DNA of 63,795 nt, the filler included, from Octopus bimaculoides (lineage: Eukaryota), in assembly GCF_001194135.2 (NCBI RefSeq). It is 6 parts of 6 records of this genome, joined end to end, with 100 filler letters (N's around TTAATTAATTAA, not from the genome) between each part and the next. Parts side by side here need not be neighbours in the genome. Positions count along the whole stretch, not along the records: positions 53,472 to 58,641 come from NC_068998.1; positions 58,742 to 60,947 come from NW_026325564.1; positions 61,048 to 62,156 come from NC_068982.1; positions 62,257 to 63,795 come from NW_026297812.1; 2 more parts are not named here. One strand, written 5' to 3'. Below, in pieces: positions 54,109-63,795 of this stretch. A program made the position numbers and the translations under genes. Under the pieces are notes generated by a model, which did no database searches, was not told where the DNA came from, and was given only the letters and a program-made list of their open reading frames with translations. Position 1 is the first letter of the stretch. The number at the start of each line of letters is the position of its first letter.

Positions 54109-54147
<39 letters not shown>

Positions 54148-56094
54148 TATTGCGAAGCATATGACATTTCTAATGAATTTTGGATACTGTGAGGCCTATA
54201 GTAAGCCGAGATATATATTTACTCCGTGCAAACGTTAAGTAATATAAAAAATGTGAGTCCATTTGAAACTCGAGGTGAAGCCGTTTCATCAGTCCTGCTA
54301 GAATTAATCTCTTGACGAATATCTTTTCCGCGCAAGCAGAATTTGTTTTTATTATCGACAAATAGATACGGTAAGTAATGAATGGTTTCCGTAACTTTAG
54401 TGGTGTAAAACGTTTTACTTGGGAACATAATAAACAGCTGTTTGTGTCGAAATAAAATAAAAATCGAGGACTTTTATGGCCGATGTCCCATCTAAACGGA
54501 CTTTCTGATTTTCGATAAAGATATGAATAAAGATAACTTTTAGTAGTCAGAATTCATGAATACAGTCATATACACAAGCATATCCACACACATGCATTAA
54601 GATTTTTCAATTTTTTTTTTTACTACAGAAGTGCCAATTATTTGTTCACAACTATTAAACTGAAGTTGTTTTAGCTAGCCATGGCCGAAGACAAGTGTGT
54701 CTAGTTTTAGTGCAGTGCTACTATTACTATTTTAGCCATTGTTAGTTCTTGATAAATAAATAAAAATATGGCATAATACTTTTTGGTTGGAGATGGGGCT
54801 TGATCGTAAAATTATACAAGAAGGAAAATGAAGCAACATGTAATATTGCATAAATGTTCCCTGAAGCCATTAGAGAGATAGACGAAATGAAATGGTTTGA
54901 AGTGGGAGAGGAAACCGTGGTGCGAAATAACGTCTTGTGCCACTACTGCGCTTGCTGTTGATAAACAGAATTACTTCAAACGAATATGCACGATACTAAT
55001 TTTAAATGAAATAGTGAAATAATCAGTCAGTTGAATCTACCAAACCATTTAGAAAGACACTTGGCAAAGACCCAGTGCATCTATAATCATAGAGTAGTAC
55101 CCATGAGATTGAAAGTTCCCCATATTGATCTATGTGGACACTGAATAATTGATGAGTATTCGGCTAGTTTGTAGTATCGAAATCAAACTATCCCAGGAGT
55201 GTAAAGTGGTAGCGAAGAGATGGCACTATTATATATTTTCCCTTGAATTATTATACTAATTTGAAATCTGTCGTTCCTTTGTGACATAATAAGTTTCTTA
55301 CTGCTACTGCTATTATCACAGTTATTATTTACCACTTACTTTATCACAAAGTCAGACATTTGTAGAATAGGGATATAGTAAACTGAATCAACCATTAGGT
55401 CATATTTTAACGATACCCGGAGGATAAACACTAAAATCAAATAGGATGGGATTTGAATGTTTTTATGTCAGACAATTCTATGTTTACCTTTCTCCTATTT
55501 TGTGATTACATTAGTTGTTGTATTCTTGTCATGAAGTACAAAGTCAGTGTTGATTTTAGTCGATTTGGTAGGTTATTTGAAATTTACTTTTGCGATTCCG
55601 AAGAAGCAAACAAAAAGGTTAGTCGAAAATTGGCAAATGTTTTATCGAAGTGTTAGTATGCAAATTAGATACAGTGACTAATCTATTACAGCTCGTCACA
55701 GCATGTGATAATTCTACAGACTAATAAATAAACATCAATCAATCACTCGTTAAGTCAAATTAATCAAGACTTTGTATACATCTATCAAAGTAAGATAAGC
55801 AGAATCAATTAATTAAAAGTGTTCTGATTAGGCCTCTGGATTTACGTGGACACGAACACACATTCCGCTCTCGTTCTCTTCTCTCTCACTCGATACAACC
55901 TCCCACACACCCACATACACACATCGTACTTTGGTTATTTCGAAATTTATGGAAACGGGAACCATGCTGTAGCGCTCAATTTTCAGCAGACTTTCAAAGC
56001 TTATACTTCTTTGACTGTATTAGTTTTTGCTCCTACAAGATGTTATTCTTGTTCTCTTCTCATTTTTTTTTGTGTGAAAAAGGGCAGTGGATAA

Positions 56095-56250
56095 AAGAAG
56101 CATTAAAACGGCGGATAAAATAATGCCTTACGCTTTTGTTCCACTCTTTTAAATCCTACCGGGCTCAGCTTTACTTTTCCTTCTACCGAGATCGATAAAA
56201 TAAAGTACCAGTCAAATACCAGGGTCAACTGAGCCGATTGTTCACATTTT
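56095..56250 (+). mobile_element. SINE family B, highly diverged
   Basis: AAATCCTACCGGGCTCAGCTTTACTTTTCCTTCT..GATCGATAAAATAAAGTACCAGTCAAATACCAGGGTCAA. Confidence 0.5.
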
Positions 56251-56772
56251 CCAAAATTCCTGAATTTCTGTCATTATTGGACACTACAATATTTTTGTTA
56301 AAGTTCTTTCCGTTTTACGAACCTCTCGCTTTACTGCTTCTTTTTTTTTTATAATTCTATAATATTTTAATATTTGTATTCTTGCTCTTTCAGTAACTAT
56401 GTCCTTGTGTTTAAAATAAATCGATCAAAGTTGCTGTAAAAGAGATATATTTTCTAAGCTCAACAACAACTTTCTTGTAAGAACATACACATTGTACATA
56501 CATACATACATATATACATACATACATACATACATACATACATACATACATACATACATACATAAATACATAGATACATACATATGTATGTATATATGAA
56601 TATATATATGTATGCATATATATATATGTGTGTGTGTGTGTATGTGTGAATGTGTTGTGTATGTGTGTTTAAACACACATATATGTAAATGGCAAAGTAC
56701 GAAAGTCTCGGCCCATTAGTCACTCTGTACTTCTGCCGATTATAAATAAAAACCTATATATATAAATAAAAA

Positions 56773-56812
<40 letters not shown>

Positions 56813-57347
56813 CCTACACACGCACTCACACACACACATGAATATATATATACATACATACGTATATGTATATATATAAATATATGCGTCTATGTGTGTG
56901 TTTATGTGTGAGCGTTGAATATAGAACTTAGCACCTTAAAGGTGGGGTATTTATATGAGTAATACATATTGTATTAGGTGTACTATTGTTTCGCTAATAG
57001 CAACTCGCCACTGCAATGGTCGACCAGTAATTCACCAGCATGGTGAATTATTAATTGGCCAAATACAGCTAAAACTAACCTTGATAGAACATGTAGATTG
57101 TCTACAAAATTGCTTGCGTTTTACATAAATTATCACATGTTTACATGCGATTGTCTTATAGGAATTGGTATCAAGAAGACATGGTTAACTATTCAATTTT
57201 CTGCAAATACTGTCTATTTTCAGACGAATGGAAGAAGTTGAAAGAATACAAAATATTGTGTCACACTTGGTGAAACTGCTTGAGGATTAAGGATAAATGT
57301 TTTTTAATATAATAATCAGTCACAATGTATAATTATATATACACACA

Positions 57348-57383
<36 letters not shown>

Positions 57384-58641
57384 TGTGTGTATATATATGA
57401 ATATATATATCCGTTTATATAATACATATGCTCGTATATATGCATACAATCACATGCACACAATCGCATGCACACACAACCACTTATATGTATACACAGA
57501 CACATATAGACACACACACGCACATAGATACACATTTACATATTTATATGCATATGCGTGTTAAAGCACATTCGTTTTAAATAACGTCGACATTTATATA
57601 GAGATTACTTAGCATTATTTTCAATACTAATCTTCGACACACACACATATATACACGCATATTCATAGAAGCAGTTGTGTAAGCATGAATGTATATAGGT
57701 CGTATATGCATGTATGTGAGCACGCAGTTTTGTGTAAATACTGAAATTTTCATGTCCGAATCCGTTTGGATGATTAATGATAATGTCAGTTTAGATTAAA
57801 AGTTACCAAAGCTTGTCAAGACGACCGGAACATTGATTTCACAATCCACACAAAATATGATCTATGCACATGTGTATGTGAATGCTGACGAATTCGTGTT
57901 TACCTTGGATTAATTCCAATGCGACAGACATACACGTTCACGTAGAGGCCACTCACTGATTCACACACACGCTCATACATGGATATTTATGCATGTATGA
58001 GAGTATATATATATATATATTGTTATACACACATATATTTCGTGTATATTTATACATGATAAAGACAGTCAAGGGATGGACCACACAATAGTTTCGAGTC
58101 GAGTATGAAACAAAATTATTTTACTTGGAAAAAGAGAAACAATGCCATCAGAATATCGCCATTTCTTGGTTTTGTCATAATAATCCAGCAGATAGCAAAA
58201 CTACGAAGTTTTTGACATCATTATACAAGCGCATACACAACACCCATCCACACACACACACACACATACACATACACACATTTCTACATAGCCGTCTATG
58301 GACGTATGTGTATAGTTTGCGCGTGATCGTTGGTATGGAAATATATATATGCAAATGTATACACACAGACACACAGACACACAGACACGCACACACATGT
58401 AAGTATGTATGTATAGTATATATGCACTTGTTCACATGCACATATACTTTTTCATTATGTTTCATTATTTTCGTCCATAGATGACTAGGTTTATACAACC
58501 ACGGCTATACATACATGCATATATACATACAAGCTTACATTCATGCACACATACATACAAACATACATATACATATATGTATGCATTTATTTCACTATAC
58601 ATATGTATATATATATATATATATATATACATATATATATA

Positions 58642-58741
58642 NNNNNNNNNNNNNNNNNNNNNNNNNNNNNNNNNNNNNNNNNNNNTTAATTAATTAANNN
58701 NNNNNNNNNNNNNNNNNNNNNNNNNNNNNNNNNNNNNNNNN
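58642..58741. other. Artificial 100-bp scaffold spacer
   Basis: 44N-TTAATTAATTAA(58686-58697)-44N. Confidence 0.95.
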
Positions 58742-58784
<43 letters not shown>

Positions 58785-58927
58785 TTATATATATGTGTAG
58801 ATATATATATAAACACATATACATACTGTTCTATATGTGTGATATGCCTGTATATTGACGTACGCACGCATAATGTTATACATGGATATGTGCATGTACG
58901 CACGCACGCACGCACACACACACACAC

Positions 58928-58976
<49 letters not shown>

Positions 58977-59866
58977 NNNNNNNNNNNNNNNNNNNNNNNN
59001 NNNNNNNNNNNNNNNNNNNNNNNNNNNNNNNNNNNNNNNNNNNNNNNNNNNNNNNNNNNNNNNNNNNNNNNNNNNNNNNNNNNNNNNNNNNNNNNNNNNN
59101 NNNNNNNNNNNNNNNNNNNNNNNNNNNNNNNNNNNNNNNNNNNNNNNNNNNNNNNNNNNNNNNNNNNNNNNNNNNNNNNNNNNNNNNNNNNNNNNNNNNN
59201 NNNNNNNNNNNNNNNNNNNNNNNNNNNNNNNNNNNNNNNNNNNNNNNNNNNNNNNNNNNNNNNNNNNNNNNNNNNNNNNNNNNNNNNNNNNNNNNNNNNN
59301 NNNNNNNNNNNNNNNNNNNNNNNNNNNNNNNNNNNNNNNNNNNNNNNNNNNNNNNNNNNNNNNNNNNNNNNNNNNNNNNNNNNNNNNNNNNNNNNNNNNN
59401 NNNNNNNNNNNNNNNNNNNNNNNNNNNNNNNNNNNNNNNNNNNNNNNNNNNNNNNNNNNNNNNNNNNNNNNNNNNNNNNNNNNNNNNNNNNNNNNNNNNN
59501 NNNNNNNNNNNNNNNNNNNNNNNNNNNNNNNNNNNNNNNNNNNNNNNNNNNNNNNNNNNNNNNNNNNNNNNNNNNNNNNNNNNNNNNNNNNNNNNNNNNN
59601 NNNNNNNNNNNNNNNNNNNNNNNNNNNNNNNNNNNNNNNNNNNNNNNNNNNNNNNNNNNNNNNNNNNNNNNNNNNNNNNNNNNNNNNNNNNNNNNNNNNN
59701 NNNNNNNNNNNNNNNNNNNNNNNNNNNNNNNNNNNNNNNNTCTCCCCTCCTCTCTGTCTCTCTCTCTCTGTCTCTCTGTGTGTCTCTCTGTGTGTCTCTC
59801 TGTGTCTCTCTCTGTGTCTCTCTCTGTCTCTCTCTCTGTCCCTATCTCCCCTCTCTCTATCACTCT

Positions 59867-59975
59867 CTGTCGGCCCGAGGCTATAGTAGAAGACACTTGC
59901 CCAAGGTGCCACGCAGTGGGAATGAACCCGGAACCATGTGGTTGGTAAGCAAGCTACTTACCACACAGCCACTCC
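59867..59975 (-). mobile_element. SINE family A head, well preserved
   Basis: Reverse complement CAGGAGTGGCTGTGTGGTAAGTAGCTTGCTTACCAACCACATGGTTCCGGGTTCATTCCCACTGCGTGGCACCTTGGGCAAGTGTCTTCTACTATAGCCTCGGGCCG. Confidence 0.9.
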
Positions 59976-60204
59976 TGTATATTTCACCTTTAACTTGGGT
60001 TGACCTAGGTCCCACAAGGGAAGCAGGCAGAACAAAGGATTCTCCGAAAGAAATATTACTGGAAACCCCCTCCTCCCAAAAAAAACCCAAGGATCGAACT
60101 GGAAAGAATAAAGAAGACAATCCGGAATCTGGGTCAGGGACGAAATGCCATTGAGAGCCTACTCGTAATTCATAAGGATCATAGGTCACCGTTATGCTCT
60201 AAAT

Positions 60205-60352
60205 AACATTTCTAGTGGAAGCACAAGGCCTGAGATTTGGGGGAATGGATTAAGTCGATCACATCGACCCCAGTGCGTAACTGGTACGTATTTAATCGAC
60301 CCCGAAAGGATGAAAGGCACAGTCGACCTCGGCGGAATTTGAACTCAGAATT
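60205..60352 (-). mobile_element. SINE family B, 5'-truncated, CpG-rich
   Basis: GATTAAGTCGATCACATCGACCCCAGTGCGTAACTGGTAC..ATCGACCCCGAAAGGATGAAAGGCACAGTCGACCTCGGCGGAATTTGAACTCAGAA. Confidence 0.85.
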
Positions 60353-60528
60353 CCCCTGCCCTGCTTCCATCTGCATCTGGTACCGGTGTCAGGTATATTT
60401 TGCTCATTTAGTTAACTCAAAATGGTTTTCTTTTTAAATTCCTGATTCGCTTCAAAGAATCTGTTCTGCTTGATTTGTTTTGTTCTATTGTCATATCTTT
60501 CCAGTTTTGTTTTTGATTGTCACGGCTC

Positions 60529-60540
60529 CATCGTCATCAC

Positions 60541-60581
<41 letters not shown>

Positions 60582-60602
60582 CCATCATCATCACCATCAT
60601 CG

Positions 60603-60634
<32 letters not shown>

Positions 60635-60786
60635 TTCATCATCATCATCATCATCATCATCGTCATCATCATCGTCATCATCATCGTCATCATCATCACC
60701 ATCATCGTCATCATCATCATCACCATCACCATCATCATCATCACCATCATCATCATCACCATCACCGTCATCATCATCATCATCAT
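60529..60786. repeat. ~258-bp (CAT)n repeat with CGT/CAC variants
   Basis: Direct reading; generates the spurious poly-His, poly-Ser, poly-Ile and poly-Met ORFs. Confidence 0.95.
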
Positions 60787-60947
60787 TAGCTTTCTAGATG
60801 TCGGCATCGAATCCCCTGCTTTCTCGTGTACTCTTACGACGAAAGGTCGACTGTTCAAGCTCGAATGGAAACGAAATGCAAAAAAAATTAAATAAATAAA
60901 TAAAATAATAACAATAATAATAATAATAATAGTAATAATGATAACAA

Positions 60948-61047
60948 NNNNNNNNNNNNNNNNNNNNNNNNNNNNNNNNNNNNNNNNNNNNTTAATTAAT
61001 TAANNNNNNNNNNNNNNNNNNNNNNNNNNNNNNNNNNNNNNNNNNNN
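60948..61047. other. Artificial 100-bp scaffold spacer
   Basis: 44N-TTAATTAATTAA(60992-61003)-44N. Confidence 0.95.
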
Positions 61048-61744
61048 ATATATATATATATATATATATGGCAAATGAAAGACGGAAGATGGAATATACG
61101 AGAATTTATTATTATTAGGCACGACAATTGTTTCGACACATCTAGCATCGATCCCTCATGGGTGGGGCACTCAACAACTGGCTCAGGAGCATCCAGTGTT
61201 GCAGATGTACCTTGTCGGGTGATAAAGAGACAATAGCAGTTACGCAATGTAACTTCTCGCTTTGTAGAAAGAAAAGCAGCTAGACGGAGGAAATATCATC
61301 ATTTATATAGAAGATCAACAATAAAATAACAGATAGAAAAAAATGAGAAGCGAACACGCAATTCAGGGAGAAGAGTATTTAAAATATCCGTTAACAAATA
61401 TGGATGTATAAACGCCCTCAGGCAAGCTGCATGGCGCGAGTTCACTCGCTCATACAAGCATCCGCGAAATAGTGAGCTAATGAGCATACGCACAGGTGAA
61501 GTTTGGTGCACTCATGATCACAAAGCGAGTTAACTATTTACATGGTTTTTGTAAGAATTGGGAGGTTAAGAGTAAACTTAAATCATCCATACCTTAAAGT
61601 AAATTAAATTATGTTGACGGTTACTCAAAACTCCTACTGCATTGTGTGAAAGTACATTTATTTGCGTGTAGGCATCTTGAAAATCTTTCAGAAATTCTCT
61701 TAATGATCTTCTCGTTAGTTCACAGAACAGGCAGGGATTCCTCG

Positions 61745-61885
61745 GAGCGTGTTAGGTCTGAGGTCGTGTGGTAAGATGAATGGAGGCATAAAGTCGCCAT
61801 CACTAGTTATCACTCCAAACACCATGATGTTGACTGGATGTTTTATTTTTATTAATCTCAGTACATTCAACATCTTTCGCAGATT
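61745..61885 (-). mobile_element. maT/DD37D-like (Tc1/mariner superfamily) transposase fragment
   Basis: Minus translation IKHPVNIMVFGVITSDGDFMPPFILPHDLRPNT matches the remembered maT motif KHP..IMVFG.ITSDG..MPP.IFP.GLR.N. Confidence 0.75.
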
Positions 61886-62156
61886 TTGTATGGCGACTGA
61901 AGGAGGATAAAAGGAAGTACAGCATAACTCGCTCCATAGTAAGGCACGCGAAACCATACAATATAATTTCCAATAAAAGTCCACACCGCCCCGAGGGGGC
62001 AATGCCGCCAATTTTCAGAAGCACTACTCTAACTTAATCCTTCTAAAATAATAACTTGACTGCTACTGGTCGATGAAAAAATAAGTAAAAAAAAATATAA
62101 CTATCTTCAGAGCTTTATTTAACATATTAGAAACATATTTTATTTTAGTTTCATAC

Positions 62157-62256
62157 NNNNNNNNNNNNNNNNNNNNNNNNNNNNNNNNNNNNNNNNNNNN
62201 TTAATTAATTAANNNNNNNNNNNNNNNNNNNNNNNNNNNNNNNNNNNNNNNNNNNN
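62157..62256. other. Artificial 100-bp scaffold spacer
   Basis: 44N-TTAATTAATTAA(62201-62212)-44N. Confidence 0.95.
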
Positions 62257-62265
62257 GTGTGTGTG

Positions 62266-62850
62266 TATAAGGTCTGATCAATAAGTATCCGGTCTGTTGC
62301 TATAGTAATGAAGCTAAAGTACACAGAGTGAAGCTGCTTGGCAAAGATTGACCTTGAACTCTGCTGTGCATGCACCCTAAGTTTTAATGTTCTAGCTCAC
62401 TTCCACTGTTTACAGCAATGTGGGGGATGAACGTGTGTAGCATGTGATCATCGCATTGACAATGACAAAGAAAGGTGTCATGGTGATACCCACTCAGAGG
62501 CCTACACAAAGTTGCAGAAAGTGTATAGAGAGGAATGTATGAGCTGCACACAAGTGTACAAGTGGTTGAGACGTATCCAAGATGACCGAAAAAATGTTGA
62601 TATTGATGAACTTTCTTGAAGACCTGAAACCAGCAGAACTGAGAAAAGCATTGCAGATAAGCATGCAGCTGTGAGGGGAAATCATTGAATTACTCAGTTT
62701 AGTCCATTATCACTGACGATTTAGGTATGAGACATGTGTCTGCCAAGTTTGTGCCGAAAATGCCTTCAGCTGACCAAAGAGACGCTTGGGTTTCAGTTGC
62801 ACAAGATCTCCTTGATTGTGTTGAGAATGATGAAAACTTTTTGAAAACTT
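62266..62850 (+). mobile_element. Decayed mariner transposon, 5' part (TIR plus transposase N-terminal HTH region)
   Basis: TA.AGGTCTGATCAATAAGTATCCGG TIR-like start; translations DTHSEAYTKLQKVYREECMSCTQVYKWLRRIQDDRKNVDIDELS*RP and LGMRHVSAKFVPKMPSADQRDAWVSVAQDLLDCVENDENFLK (WVPxxL-like motif). Confidence 0.9.
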
Positions 62851-62905
62851 TGCCTTTGAGCAAGTATCACCAAGCTTTTGATAAAATTTAATGCAGATTC
62901 TCAAG
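62851..62905 (-). mobile_element. Inverted mariner transposase N-terminal fragment
   Basis: Minus translation RICIKFYQKLGDTCSKA, a typical mariner N-terminus. Confidence 0.75.
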
Positions 62906-62965
62906 TGCCGATTTCTAACTGCAGGGAACCTGTGGTAGAGGTAGACCCAGGAAGAAAACGTTTAG
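62903..62965 (+). mobile_element. RTE LINE C-terminal remnant
   Basis: KCRFLT then frameshifted GTCGRGRPRK, the RTE C-terminal G.RGRGRP.K motif. Confidence 0.55.
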
Positions 62966-63795
62966 ACATTTACTACCATCTGATTGACTCTTTCTAAAGT
63001 TTTCTTTCCTTTTCTTGTGGGTAGATGGTACCTTTGGCTGTCTGAAATTTATGACCAACAGGAGCTTTGCTCTTTATTCTAAATATAGGCTGTCTTCTAG
63101 TCTTAGATATTTGTGGATGATAAGGAGATAGATAAATTGGAAATTAATTACAACCCTATGACCCCCACTGTTTTCCATGCCACTCTAAAAATTGTAGTCT
63201 GTTATTCTCTTAGCTATTCTTGCTACAATAGTGACAACATGAATTTCTTCCATCCTCTTACTCTGTTAAAATGTTTAAGAAAAATTATATTAATATATCT
63301 TGTCTGTTGAAAATCCATATTTGTGCAGTTGAAGATAGCACTGTATTTAAATTAATGTAATGGTTGTATTGTTCAATTAAATGGAGCCACTTGAAATGGT
63401 CATACTCCATTTCTACTTGAAATCCTGTTACTTATTTTGATTTTATATATGTGTGTGTGTGTCGTGTATATATATATGTACACACACAGACACACACACA
63501 CATATATATAAGAATTAAGATGTAAACTCAAATTAGGCAATCATACTCATACAGTTATAGATTCAACTTAAAATGCACATACATATTGACATGAATACTT
63601 AAAAAAATATTTGTAAAATATAAGTATACATAAAAATACATGTAAATAAAACCCATGTGGGATATGTATGAAGAAAGTGTGAGAAAAAGAGAACAAATAA
63701 AAAATTTTTTGTTCTAAAATTAAGAGCGGTTAAGAGTTTCAATTAAATGATCCATAGAAATTGATGTGTTTTTTTTTTAAAATTTATAAATGGTA

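Noticed and set aside
54265-54300. CTGATGA hammerhead-like core on the minus strand
   Set aside because: No GAAA after stem II and no stem III with a cleavage triplet.
60470-60895. Poly-His, poly-Ser, poly-Ile and poly-Met ORFs
   Set aside because: All are frames of one (CAT)n repeat.

Overview
This is AT-rich, microsatellite-saturated animal genomic DNA with many N gaps. The repeat content (tRNA-head SINEs with CORE-like, Meta-like and V-like domains, RTE-type (GAT)n tails) points to a coleoid cephalopod, probably Octopus; this is an inference from remembered repeat families, not a database hit. I recognise no intact host protein-coding gene, RNA gene or CRISPR array, and nearly all long ORFs in the track are microsatellite or N-run artefacts. 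The window is at least six separately assembled pieces joined by identical artificial 100-bp spacers (44N-TTAATTAATTAA-44N), so adjacency across them is unproven. Supportable content: many SINE copies; decayed mariner, maT/DD37D-like, Penelope-like, RTE, L1/Tx1 and HERO-like (restriction-like endonuclease) element fragments; a TTAA-flanked piggyBac-type MITE; three long fold-back palindromes (82, 82 and 100 bp arms); and a CpG-decayed domain at about 27.4-53.4 kb suggesting germline methylation. I found no convincing new multi-gene system. The best leads are the hairpins (possible dsRNA/ADAR substrates), the methylation footprint and the HERO-like remnant.
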